From positions 1 through 64,000 of the forward strand of contig NIVC01000055.1 of NCBI GenBank assembly GCA_002269645.1: DNA of 64,000 bases. Reading direction: 5' to 3'. Source of the stretch: Macrostomum lignano (taxonomy: Eukaryota). Shown here piece after piece: positions 34,441 to 46,377 of the stretch. Under the pieces are notes generated by a model. That model was not told the DNA's origin, searched no databases, and worked only from the letters and a program-made list of their open reading frames with translations. Both the position numbers and the translations under genes were made by a program. The stretch's first letter is position 1, and the number at the start of each line of letters is the position of its first letter.

Positions 34441-35089
34441 TATTGTCATTATCTATCCTACTCCATTTCACTGTATGCCTATGTTGTTTGCCACATCAGT
34501 GATAAATTAGACTTTGTCCAACTACACTTTGCTACCAAAAATGTACTATAGAAAGTAAAGAGACCAATTGACTATCAAATTGTATGGAGCTAAGGCTTAA
34601 GCAAGACAATAAATAATAAGATAAACCATTCTAGATAAAGATAAAGATAAACATTCCTTTTCAAAAAGATATTTATTTGTAGTCAAATTATCAAACTAGA
34701 GTAGAGTGGGTAAGTGAAACACTGCCTAGGCTAGATCAACACTCATAGCAAACTGAATAGCTACTTAAACTAGCTAAGTATATATAAATATACTGCTGGG
34801 TGGCAGAGCAGCTTAGCATCTGACTCTTGCACCACAGTCCTTGGTTTGATTTAATGTGTGGCCACATTCATTTGGGGCTTGTTTAACAAAATTTTCCAAG
34901 GTTATGTGATTCACACTTATGAAGACCAACCCCCTCAAAGCATAGAGTTTACATGACTAGAAAGAAGCATAGAATATATATTTCTGTACATTTCAAATTT
35001 TTTTTCTGAATTCTATATTTCTGTGAATTGTAACTCACACACACCTTTACCAAGACACCATCAATAGAGTACATGAGGTGCTACTAGCT

Positions 35090-35550
35090 TAGAAGTGACC
35101 ACAGATACTGGAATAACTAGATGGGCATATTTTCGTGCAAACTACTTTCAGTTCAGTAGTAAGTAAGTTAAACTGAAGCATTTTAATGTATTTACAAGAC
35201 AAGGCTCATTTATTGGCTCTTACCCCCAAGCTTAAACCCCCCAACTGCGCCTTTCCACGCTACACCCCTGCCCCACCCCAATTTTTATTGCCTTTCTTGG
35301 AATTCCAGTTTAATGTTGCCATGTACATTTCAGTGGCTGACTAATATACATTATTGCTGAACCAATTAGCAAGTTGTTTACGCCTGCTTGTGGGCTTCTA
35401 ATTTTATCAAAGTCATTTTAGCTGCCTTTATTTCTATAAAATAGCTTATGTATTCTTCTTTGCTACTGAACTGTAAGTAGAAAACTGTTTTACTAAGTAT
35501 ATGTTCCAAGTGGCCCATCTAGTTATTTTAGTATCTGTGGAAGTGACTTA
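35090..35550. mobile_element. MITE-like element of about 460 bp
   Basis: Inverted termini CCACAGATACTGGAATAACTAGATGGGC / GCCCATCTAGTTATTTTAGTATCTGTGG. Confidence 0.55.
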
Positions 35551-35673
35551 AGAGAAGAGCTTTGATTTTTGGCCCTTGGCCTGTTTGACTAAACTTATCT
35601 GCCAATAAAAAAAAGTATTTCATATTTAGGTTAATTTCTTTAATTTTTTTCATTGCATGCAGACCCCTGCAGC

Positions 35674-35790
35674 ATGATCACGGACATACAACTGGCAATC
35701 TTTGCTAACCTGTTGAGTGTGTCCCTGTTCCTTTTGGTCATTCTCTACCACTATATTGTGGTAAATCAGGGTAAAAGTCGACCAGAATAA
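35674..35790 (+). CDS. OST4: Oligosaccharyltransferase subunit 4 (OST4), 38 aa
   Basis: Manual translation gives [38 protein letters not shown], nearly identical to animal OST4 ([28 protein letters not shown]...). An acceptor TGCAG lies just upstream. It is below the ORF-track size cutoff. Confidence 0.95.
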   Translation: MITDIQLAIFANLLSVSLFLLVILYHYIVVNQGKSRPE

Positions 35791-38399
35791 TGGTGCTAAT
35801 TGCAACTAATTGCAGTTTTCTTCAATTTTATCTGATTTCATCCATCTATCCATTTTTATCAATGTGTTTTAAACTTACATTTTTTGCTTGCTACTACAAG
35901 TAGATAAATTGTGTCGGACAATGATTTTTGTTTGTGTGTGTTGTATTTGAGAAGCAGTTCCCGCCCCTTTGCTTCCATTAATTGTTTGCTATTATTTAGC
36001 TATTCGAGTTAAGCTATTCGACAAAATATACAATACAAATTGGCAACCCAAGAATTAAATCTATCGACCTGTTCGCTTTTTTGTTTCGATAATTTTTTAA
36101 TTAATTTCGCATTGCTTCGTGGTGCAGTTGCAAGTATGGTGTCCAGTTGTCATTGTGTCTATAGTGTGAAAATTTGCTAACTATTCTTGTATAAAAAAAT
36201 TTAAAATGCGTCGCTTTATTTTGCGACGCAGAAGATTTTCGTTTCGGCCAACTTCTGTTCCACTTCTGCTCTTTGAAGCGACAGCTCATTCAGTGCGGGG
36301 GGGATAATTTATTCATTTCTTTTGGATTTTCATTCCCAGGCGCTTTTTGTCGTCTCTTTAAGCTTTTCGCGGAGGAAGCCAATGGACACTTCTGGTGCAT
36401 TTTCTCCGCCGTTCTTCTCCTTGTCTTCCTCTTGGATTTCAGCGGCTTCTCCACTTCAACTGCCCCTGTATGATAGAAATTTTATTAGCGAAAGCGGCAA
36501 TGAAGGAATAATGAGCAGCCCCCCGTATGCACGCCATGCAATGTGTTGATTTATTCATTTGAATGCTGCTGAAATTCAGCATTTACGTTTACTGCCTTCC
36601 CTTTTCTTGCTGATGGTTGATTATGGCAGGTGATGCGATGCAACAGCCAGCTTCACGTAGCTTCATCGTTTGGAATTGAAAAATATATTTCCCCGGCCTT
36701 TTTCCCATCTGTGCAATGCTGATATTGCAAACAATAAGTGTCTAAATTTAACTATTAAAGCCTACGTCTGCATGTCTACGTCTGAAAATTGATAGTAGAA
36801 TGGCGCTGCACTCTTGCGAATCCGGCCTAATTCACTACAAAATGGATACGAGAGTACCGGAGTGTGCTTTTATAGTTGATGCTGATCAACAAGTTTTCCG
36901 TATATAAAATTTAACAAAATTCCCTGTAAACCCGTAACTATAGCATTAAAAATGTTTAAGAAGTCGAAAATTTAATTTAAGACACGTCCAACCATTACGC
37001 TCGTATAACGCCCGTAATGTTAATTAGAGCATTAAACATTTAAGAATTCCAGCATTGAATTTAAGACACGTTGTCTTAAATTGTCTATTGTCTATATACA
37101 ATTGCCTATGGCCAATCCTTTGAGACAATTCTAAGCGGTACGCTAATACATCTACACAATCTACCATTGTCTCACTTAGTAGGAAAAAGCTGTTGCTTTC
37201 GTGTTCTCTAAATATATTACATGGATGTAGATTAGTTTTGTATACATATCGTTTAATGCACTCATAGTTTTGCCAATAACAAGCTGGGCTGATAAAATCT
37301 ATCTAGGACGACTATAATCTATAAAAAACACTAAAAACGATTAAAACAATAAGGATTGTCAATTGATTGTTTTTAATAGGTAAAACTCTCTTCTCGATAG
37401 TGCATTTTGCAGACAAAACCTGCTTTAATGAAATTTGCACGGTTCGCGAGTGTAGCCGCTTTCTGCAAAAATAGCAGTGCTGCAAAATTTTCCCGACTGT
37501 GTTTACTGCGAACGACAGCAATGTCCGAAACGTGCTGAAATTTTAGCCAAAACTCATATCCGCATATCCGCTCTGTTGAATGGTAAAACTAAAACGATTT
37601 GTCATTAGACAACTTGCTTATTGAATGTCAAAAGTATTTTTGTTGTCAAGCGCACCAAACAGTCTCGTAGCTTAAGTTTTTTGTGCGTCAGTGTCGTCAG
37701 TGCAAATTAGGTTTAATAAAAGCCCTATAGGTGGCACCTAGAGCTGTTTACAATTAGCTTAAAGGTAAGGTAGTGCAAATCGGGGCAACTTCATCCGAGT
37801 TGCGGCGCTCAAGGCACACCTGCAACGCAATTATCGAGGCCGCGGCAATTTCGACTGTTAAGAGAGAATGAATTCACTTTACTTTGTCAGAAGGAGCTAA
37901 TGTATAATTACACGAATGCAGCTCTTGATTAGGTAAATACTTGAGTTCTTTCTTGAAACTCCGTCTTACTGATTAACGTTATTGTCTTCAGAGAAGCCTT
38001 TCATTTTGCTTGCACAGGCGCAGAATGCTTTCAAACAAACCACGGCAACGCGTATTGCTTGGACTTGGACACCCCACAATTTTTTGCTGCGCTGAAATGG
38101 AGCAACGCAGGTACACGAAATTCAAGAACACGGGCTAACTTTTGTTTCGCGCCTTCTCAAACAGAATCAAGTCGCCAGCCCGCCGTCTGTCATGGCGCCG
38201 CGCCCGGCTCCAGGACTAGGACCAACCAGGAAGAGGTGGTGGCGCCTCCGGACCGTCGAGATATTCGACGCTTCTGCCAGAAGGTCGGATTTCCCCATAA
38301 GCGCCAGTGTATTCAGTACACCCCTGTGCGCCAATCAGCACTACGCCTCAGTGCAACCTTGCCAAGCCTCCAAATTTCATCAGCACGTCGATCACTTGT

Positions 38400-38763
38400 C
38401 TGCATCAGCTCTGACTTCGTTTGTTACTGACCTTCACTTCTGAGCATGCAAATGTGCCGTCACTCATCGTGGCATCTTGATCACCAGCCGGTTGATGAGC
38501 TCTTAGGCAGCTGCTGCCAGGCATTCAGAACCGCCCGTCGATCGCATCTGTCTGGAGAGACTTTAACTGCTTTTTAAATGTGCGAATTTCCCATTCAGTT
38601 CCTTTATGCCGTACTTTGCGTTGACGTCTGGCGGCGGCAGCCTTCAATTCGTACATTTCGGAATCACCGTTCACCGACGGCATGCACCGAGGACTCTCAG
38701 GAAGTCAGACCAACGGTAATGAGTGCTCAAAATTATTGTGCTATTTTGTGTGGCACGAGCGTA
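38400..38763 (-). mobile_element. Tc1-like transposon remnant
   Basis: The minus strand encodes VLNAWQQLP(fs)ELINRLVIKMPR*VTA, like the Tc1 transposase C-terminus; a TA|CGCTCGTGCCAC end lies near 38762. Confidence 0.45.
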
Positions 38764-38949
38764 TAAATCCAACCAGGTGACTTTGAACTCACACTTTTCA
38801 ATTTGATCATATATTAATTGTACGCTCGTATATATTTAATAAATGCATTAGTTACTTTTCAGTAGAGTATCGTTTACGAGTGCAAGCGTACTCATCATGC
38901 GGTAATTTTGTACATTGTACAATGTATAACTAAAAAGTTATGAGAAAGT

Positions 38950-39580
38950 AACAACAGGAGCACACGATGACGCATGCATGATTGTTGTCATGGCTTGTAG
39001 AGCGCTGGACCGAGCAGCTCAATATCAACATTAAGCCATGCCTTGTCAGAGTCAGAGGCAACTCGAAGACACCTTTCCGTGATAGATACGGCTCCTTGAT
39101 TAATCTGTAGGATGGTGTATCGCCGATGCAAAAATCGAGAATGACCCGCCGAATCATCAAAGCTGTAACGCTGATGTCTTCGTTTAGTCACTATGAATAC
39201 ATGGAAGGCCATCTACATATCGGAGCGAAATGGTCGCATCATCACGCTCAGCGGCCATAGAAGCTTTTTCTTAGACCGGATTCGTCGATCTGCACGCTGC
39301 CCTGAGTAACTACCATCGGAATCTGCTGCGCCGCCTCCTCCGACTGCGATTGACGACGGCTGCTTTTCCGCCGGTTGCGCAGTTCCAGCTGAGTGCTCTG
39401 CCGCGACTCGGACATCCTCGGCGCGTACTGCACACTGTCGAGCGTCTGCGAACCCCGAATAGTTTCGGAGTAAGGCCACTGAGCCGGGAATTGAGTTCGA
39501 ATTATGACATCGTCGCAGCAGCGAGTCCGGTACGTCAGTTTTGGTATAAAGTCTGCTTGGTGTCTGCAATTCATAGGAGT
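38950..39580 (-). mobile_element. Possible Merlin/ISXO2-type transposase remnant
   Basis: QIPMVVTQGSVQIDESGLRKSFYGR resembles the ISXO2 GxxVQIDESxFxKRKYxRG motif; multiple stops and frameshifts. Confidence 0.35.
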
Positions 39581-40905
39581 GCAATGGCCGGTCGCTTATT
39601 AAACCTGTGCAAATTTTGTTGCATTAAAATTGTCTCTGGTTACGAAGGTGCTCCATCATTCTTCATCATCCTTACACTTCATCATCCTTACACTTCATCG
39701 TCCTTACACTTCATCGTCCTTAGAGCTGTGACTATATGCATGCACTTCAAGAGTCTGGTTAAGACAGAATTTTAAACAGAATTACTGTTGCTCTTGATGC
39801 CACCCGGGTCATAACACTGAGGTTAAAAAAACTGATGACACATACTGCGATCTCCGAGAATGCATAAAATACTGCAAAAGTCACGCTTTATTTTAGTTAA
39901 GAAGTCTTTACTTTACTTATTTGTATAGATGGCTGTATAAAGGCGAATTATTCTAGTGAAGAGTTTGAACAACGGTCTTCCGACTCTACACGTTGTTATC
40001 GTGATTACTTGAGCGCTTAAAAATGGAGACAGCCCTAGAAAAAGGGGGCGTTCACGGAGGTAGACGAAGATTCATTGATGTTCATCATAAGTGAGGAATC
40101 CTGCCCGATAATTTAATGCATCCGAAAGGCTCGTTAACGTGAGCAAATCCTATCACTTCCCGAAGAAATGGCTGGGATATCTCGACAATCTCAAATTTTG
40201 TTGACAATTCAAGAAAATTCTGCTCCAGTGTGACACGAATCGTTGAGCTATAGTTCGATCTACACAAATGAAACTTACACATGGCACGGCTCCATTTCAT
40301 TGACGCTGAAAATGTTCAGCTTTGGCGGAATTTTTCTCCGGCCAGGCCGATCGAGTTTCACCCAGCCTGAAAGTCAGCATCAGGCACTGAACAAAGACGG
40401 CCGCGGCTGCTCCATTCAAGGCCAGCATCGCGTAAATCGACGCCCGCCACAGGCTGGCGAACGGCTTTGAAGTCACGTGACAGTTCTCGCGGCGAATCAT
40501 GATGTCTAGCATGCGGCAGGAGATGGCGCGACCGTTGCGCGTACACGGCGAGGCCCGCTAGAGATAGCAGCACGAGGAAGGCCTTGTATGCCTGCAAATT
40601 TTGAGCGTTAAAGACGGCAGTTGGTTGCTACGACTTTTCTAGTACTTTGTGGCCTCGGGTACAGGCTGCTTCTTGAACGCTTCTCTGGATGCTTGTGTAG
40701 AATTAGTGTGGCCTCGTACAACACGCATTAAGAGATTGTTCATTCTTTCATGACGTGGAAAGGTGTACCATGGTAGTTGTTCAATGTTGATTTATTATGT
40801 GTATCCCCATAATAATGCAAAACACCGGTGCCAGTGTACTTACAAGGACCGAGATTCGAAGAGTTAGCTCCTTTTTCTGTTTGTCTTCTTCAAGCGAATG
40901 AGTTT

Positions 40906-41165
40906 NNNNNNNNNNNNNNNNNNNNNNNNNNNNNNNNNNNNNNNNNNNNNNNNNNNNNNNNNNNNNNNNNNNNNNNNNNNNNNNNNNNNNNNNNNNNNNN
41001 NNNNNNNNNNNNNNNNNNNNNNNNNNNNNNNNNNNNNNNNNNNNNNNNNNNNNNNNNNNNNNNNNNNNNNNNNNNNNNNNNNNNNNNNNNNNNNNNNNNN
41101 NNNNNNNNNNNNNNNNNNNNNNNNNNNNNNNNNNNNNNNNNNNNNNNNNNNNNNNNNNNNNNNNN
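40906..41165. other. Assembly gap (260 N)
   Basis: Run of n. Confidence 1.
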
Positions 41166-41439
41166 AATCCTACTCGGATTCACACCAAAGACTACTCAAA
41201 AATTTTTTGAGTAGTCCTTGATTCACACTCGGATTCACAGAGCCACTGGGTTTTTTAAGCTCAAAGCTTTTGTTCCGTTTCAGTCAGTTTATTCTTGAAA
41301 GCACCCAGTTTTGGTCAATGAGTTCTATAATTAGCATCTGGAGTGGAAACGTGAGCATGAGTGACTCGGAGAGCGGCGCAAGTTTCGCCGCTGCTGAGGA
41401 GGAACTGCACGAATGACGCCGTTTATACGATAAAAATCT

Positions 41440-41720
41440 GCGACGACAAGTACTTCTTGGTCATACGGGCGCTTGGAACGTGGGAAATGACTCAGTGGCT
41501 GAATGTGAAGATCGGACAGTCTACTCAATCAGAAGACGGTACGAGACAACTTGACGCCGAGATCTTGCACCAAAAGGCGGCAGACGTCACAAGAAGTTGT
41601 AGGATGAAGACGTGCAAGCGTTGCTTCCTCTTCTTGAAGATAACACTTTGCTGACCTATCGGCAGATGCAGCAAGAGCTACAATATCTCCATGGAGTTGA
41701 AGCTGGCACAAGCTTGCACT
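41440..41720 (+). mobile_element. Tc1/IS630-type transposase N-terminal (HTH) remnant
   Basis: WLNVK(fs)RTVYSIRRRYETT*RRDLAPKGGRRHKKL*DEDVQALLPLLEDNTLLTYRQMQQEL; related to the interior of 31855-32630. Confidence 0.6.
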
Positions 41721-42380
41721 GATGTTCCTATAATTCAAATGGCTTTGCGAAATTGACTGCTTGTAGGGTAAATCGATTGGACAGATAAACAACTTTGGCC
41801 ATAGAACCCAGAGAAATTGACTGGGCAATGCTATAATAGTATAACTTTTGCTAGCAAAACAGTGTTTTCCATGTCCTACAAATAATTGTCGTTAAGTCAA
41901 TCTGACAGTATTCCGCAGCCAGACCAATTCACGGCTTCCAGGTGTTTGATGTCGACGGTCTGGACATGGACATTTTCGAAGTGCCCAGGTTCAGAGCTTC
42001 AGAGCGGATCTCGGCGTGGTTGTGAAACTGAATCAGATTAATTGCATTCAAGAAAACTTGTTCTTAAAATGCGGAAACGAGTTCATTTTACAGTGTAATC
42101 GGTTGGCCCCTCTAGATTCCGCTGTATACGGTGCTGTTACATCCAGGAACGCAACACGCGGTTTGCGTTTCTGTTGCTGCCGCAGACGATCACAGTCGAT
42201 TTTCTCTATTGTTACTAACTTTTTCAAGCTGCTGACAATAATCTTCGATGAAGGAAGGTATTTTGTAAAAAACGTGAACAATTTGATAGAAGCAAACGGC
42301 TGAGTACATTGGCGTGCTAATATAACAGAACAAATGGTCAATTTGGATCGAAGTTTATTTTAACTGTTAGTCTCAATCTA

Positions 42381-43016
42381 CACTCAGCAACATTTAAAAG
42401 TGCCCCCCAACCTTGCGCCAAGGGTTCATGGGCAGCACGATCGATGGTTTCGCCAATTGGTTTTGGGCCATAGACAAATGAGCAAAAAAAGGCACGAAAG
42501 TAAAGACCGATATCTGGTGTCACAGGGAAAAGCGTTACAGTAACGCGTGTACAGGAGTTAACTGGAGGCATCTGGACGCAGGTGACTGATGGCGTACTTT
42601 GCGTTGGCCGTCCAGACCACCGGATATGAACCCGATTGAGCACGTGTGGGATTTCCTGAAGCGCACGATTAGTTGCAACAATCTCTATCCCCCCAGAACA
42701 GGGTCCAGCTGCGCAATGCGCTTTCAGTCGCGTGGCAACAGCTTCCACAAGACTTTCTGCGGCGCCTTTTTCGGGAATGCCTCGACGAGTAAGCGGTCTG
42801 TTGGACGCTCGCGGTTGTTATCTATACCTGTTACTGACTGTGCTTTAGACACGTACACGGCGTGGAAATTGGCATGGACTTGTTTCGCTGTTCATTCTTT
42901 GTTGCCTTATTTTGATTGTCTATGGCCCAAACATAGTTAAAAACCTTTCAATCCCTAATCGTTCAGCTAGTGTAGCCTTTTGTGCAGACGTGGACACTTT
43001 TCAATGTTGCTGAGTG
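42381..43016 (+). mobile_element. Internally deleted Tc1 element, 636 bp
   Basis: TIRs CACTCAGCAACATTTAAAAGTG / CACTTTTCAATGTTGCTGAGTG with TA flanks (42379-80, 43017-18). It encodes the transposase C-terminus WPSRPPDMNPIEHVWDFLKR...GMPRRVSGLLDARG. Confidence 0.88.
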
Positions 43017-44183
43017 TAACTAACTACTGTTTACCTATACTGGATAAATTAAGCGTGCAGTTTTGAAACGTACCATTGAAGTTCACCATTGAAGTCGATT
43101 GAAACCAAGTCGCAGCCCTGTCCATCTGCTTTGCAGAAGACTTGAAAAATTCTTCTTGTTCAAGCTGTCTCAGGCCTCAGCTCATTCATTTTCGTCCGGC
43201 TTTTCTTCCTTCAAAGTCTTCGAGTAAAACAGCTGCTTAGCTCTTCCAGATAACGGCTTGCTGGTTCAGAAATAACCCACTCAGCTCTTCTGTTAATAAG
43301 CCGGAGATCAGTTTGGTCAGGCGGATTACTTAGGTTCAACATTTTCTAGACTTGGCAAAACTCTGTATTTTCCCTCCCCGGATTAAAGTGAACAAGTATT
43401 TCTCTCTCACTTTCCTCTCATGAACTTTCGTCTATGGCTCAACTCTCTACCCATCAGCGAATCAAAAACAGACGTTGACCTTAGACAGTATTTATTAGAA
43501 ATGTGCTCGTTGTCTATGGCCCAAACCCACAACTTTATCATATAGGATTTCAACGCTGGATGTCTGATTTCTAATTTGTCTGACAAAAGCTGTACCCAAT
43601 ACCCTTTGACCACAAATACGAGCTACCTCATAATGCAGCACCTGTACGATCAGCAAAATGTACTTTTATTCACCTAGTATCATTTGAGAAGCAACTCAGC
43701 AAGCCTATCGAGCTCATTTCTTTAAAGCTGAAAATTTTTGTTGATCTGAGACGAATTATTTTTTAAGACAATGCTGCGAGCGCAGAAACTTGAGAGTCTC
43801 TTGAAAGAAACGAATAAGAATGCTAGATTTTTTCCATTTCGCTGAGTTGAAATTCTAATCCAAGTCTTGGCATTTTTTGGTAACCGATTGAAACTGCCAA
43901 GAATTGATGAGAGAATTTGATACTCGTGAGATGGCGCATGGTCTTAGATTGTCTGGAATTGCCCGACTGAATCTGGGTTTTTAGTCTGGCAATTGAGTTG
44001 CCATACAGTGCTAAACTAATCTCATCAGGTTTCACAGAAAAAACCAAGTTGACCTGATGGAGCGTTTAGACTTTAGAGTCACCCGATTGGCATCCAGTAT
44101 AAACAAACATTTGAGCGTGTTCTCTAAGAAATCGGACAAAATGGATCTGGATAAACCGGAACAGGACAAACCGGAAATTACAG

Positions 44184-44752
44184 GTGGACTGTAAACCCAC
44201 CTTGCCCATCGTCAGGGGAAGGGATTCAAGTGCATCATCCCGCCGTGAGGCAGACCCCCACTGGATGTTGGCGTCAACTGGAGAAGTCAGGTCGTTCACT
44301 GCTTCACTGACGGATCGTTCTGCGAGGGCACGGCGAGTTCATATAGCCGTTTTCCACAAGGTTGATGCGATCCTGCAAGAGAGAGCCTCCATCTTGGTGC
44401 GACTGTCTCGGTTTTTCAATCCGTAGTCATGAACATTAACCAATGTGCTTAACCAATGTGTCCTCTCTATCAACGAAGCCTGGAGACACCATCTCGGGTA
44501 TCCACTAAGATTGGACGAGCTGACCACCCCGGACCGGATCCGTGACCTGACTCGTCCGGGGCACTCGGGCCAGATGAAGATCGCAGACGCCATGCTCTCG
44601 CGAGCTCTTTTGCTGCTATTGAGGGGTGGGCGCAGCCATAAGGTAACGCCTCACTGTTTCCTTGCTTGATGTTGCGATTGGGCTTCGCGACCTGCGCTCT
44701 GCCCCCGTCAGTAGTGAGTAATTGACAGAGAAATTGACAGAGAAATTGACAA
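44184..44752 (+). mobile_element. Decayed non-LTR retroelement fragment (RNase H) with a tandem-repeat tail
   Basis: [12 protein letters not shown]...LHLGATVSVFQS...RLDELT...PGHSGQMKIADAML is RNase H-like; it is followed by (AATTGACAGAGA)x2.5. Confidence 0.55.
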
Positions 44753-45560
44753 GCCGGATCTGGATAAACCGGTTTCCAGATTTGATGATTGCTAATCCAG
44801 AAATTTCTACTTTGGAAAGTGAAGAATTCTGTTAATCAACAAATTTTCCACACGATGCATAAGAATAGAGTAACTATAATGATATTCAGAAGTTCAATTC
44901 AGAGTACAGCTCAACTCGCAGACTGCTTTATCTTCGATGCAACAATAAAGAAATTGAAAAAAAACTGATTAAGTACGCTACGTATTTCTTGTCAAAGTAA
45001 ATTTGTTTTTTGCTTTTGAGCTTACGAAACGGCAAACACTGGACGCTGGACATATATGACTCGGCTAGAGAAATATCCTCGAATCTCAGATTTCTTCCTT
45101 TCAATCACTCATTGAAATCCGCTTTGATCCGTTGGACTTCCTGCTTGGAGAGCGGCCGCTGCTCCAAGTCTTTCCTGAACCGGGCATTTCTAGGAAAGCG
45201 GGGTTTGAGAAACTAATCAGATCGCATCAGGTCAGAAGCTAAGAGTGTGTAATTAAACTTGAGAAAATTGATGCAGAAATTGAATTGTTATAATCGTGGG
45301 GGCGGCTCTTTTTTTCTCGCCCTATGTCTTTGCACTTTAACTGAGATCAGGCAGTACGTATTAACACGTTCGCGAAGCTGCGTTGATTTTGCAAGATTAG
45401 TGCGGGACAAACTCATCTCAAAGCTGTGAGAAACATCAAATATATTTTTTTCCAACCAAAACGGTTTTACTACAGTCCGAACTCGGTAAAGCATGCGATA
45501 AAAATAGGGAACTGGACACAGAGAATGTGATTTATTAGCCGAGCTGTTCTTGAAAATTAG

Positions 45561-45566
45561 TTTATT
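45561..45566 (-). terminator. Candidate polyadenylation signal (AATAAA) of the peptide precursor gene
   Basis: TTTATT on the + strand, about 130 nt downstream of the stop. Confidence 0.4.
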
Positions 45567-45697
45567 GCAAGTTTGTCACAGCATTTAACTCCGAGCTTAT
45601 ATGCTCAATGGGGATCGTCATGCTTATCTGTTATACATCATTTTGCACCTAGTAACATTTAGATCACTTTCAATTTACATTTCAAATCCAAATTATT

Positions 45698-46267
45698 TTA
45701 GGCGCGTTTGTAACGGTCGTTGTTCTCGAAGAACTTCTTGTAACGGTCGTTGTTCTCGAAGAACTTCTTGTAACGGTCGTTGTTCTCAAGAAATTTCTTG
45801 AAGCGGTCGTTGTTCTCGAAGAACTTCTTGAAGCGGTCGTTGTTCTCGAAGAACTTCTTGTAACGGTCGTTGTTCTCAAGAAATTTCTTGAAGCGGTCGT
45901 TGTTCTCGAAGAACTTCTTGAAGCGGTCGTTGTTCTCGAAGAACTTCTTGTAACGGTCATGCCTGTCTAGAAACTTTTTGAAGCGGTCGTTGGCGCCAAA
46001 GAACTTCTTGTAGCGGTCGTTAGCGCCAAAGAACTTCTTGTAGCGGTCGTTGGCTCCAAAGAACTTCTTGTAGCGGTCGTTGGCGCCAAAGAACTTCTTG
46101 AAACGGTCGCCGCCGAAGAATCGCTTGTTGTCTTGGTGCTCATGGTGGGGGTGCTCAACAGCATGGGAGTCGCTGGGAGCGGCGTCTGCCATGACGGTAG
46201 CTGCCACGGTTAGTAGCAGAAGCCCGGAGGCCAGCAAGCGAATGGATCCGCAGCACGAAACCGGCAT
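45698..46267 (-). CDS. Secreted multi-peptide (neuropeptide-like) precursor, 189 aa, single coding exon
   Basis: Signal-peptide-like MPVSCCGSIRLLASGLLLLTVAATVMA, a His/acidic spacer, then 14 peptides separated by KK/KR: FFGGDRF, FFGANDRY x3, FFGANDRF, FLDRHDRY, FFENNDRF x4, FLENNDRY x2, FFENNDRY x2. The ORF-track start at 46297 is a TTG; the first ATG is at 46267. Confidence 0.88.
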   Translation of the reverse strand: MPVSCCGSIRLLASGLLLLTVAATVMADAAPSDSHAVEHPHHEHQDNKRFFGGDRFKKFFGANDRYKKFFGANDRYKKFFGANDRYKKFFGANDRFKKFLDRHDRYKKFFENNDRFKKFFENNDRFKKFLENNDRYKKFFENNDRFKKFFENNDRFKKFLENNDRYKKFFENNDRYKKFFENNDRYKRA

Positions 46268-46370
46268 CTTTGCTGTAGCAGTCGCAGCTCTCTGCAATGT
46301 CTTGAAAAATTTGACGATAATATGTTTTGCAGTCGGTGAGCAGCGGATGAGCTTTAGACGGAGGCGGCAG

Positions 46371-46377
46371 TTATATA
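46371..46377 (-). promoter_or_regulatory. TATA box (TATATAA) upstream of the peptide precursor
   Basis: CTATATAAC on the minus strand, about 105 nt upstream of the ATG. Confidence 0.5.

Noticed and set aside
36100-36550. Charged coiled-coil-like reading on the minus strand (AEIQEEDKEK..., NELSLQRAEVEQKL)
   Set aside because: Interrupted by stops and not assignable; probably decayed transposon sequence.
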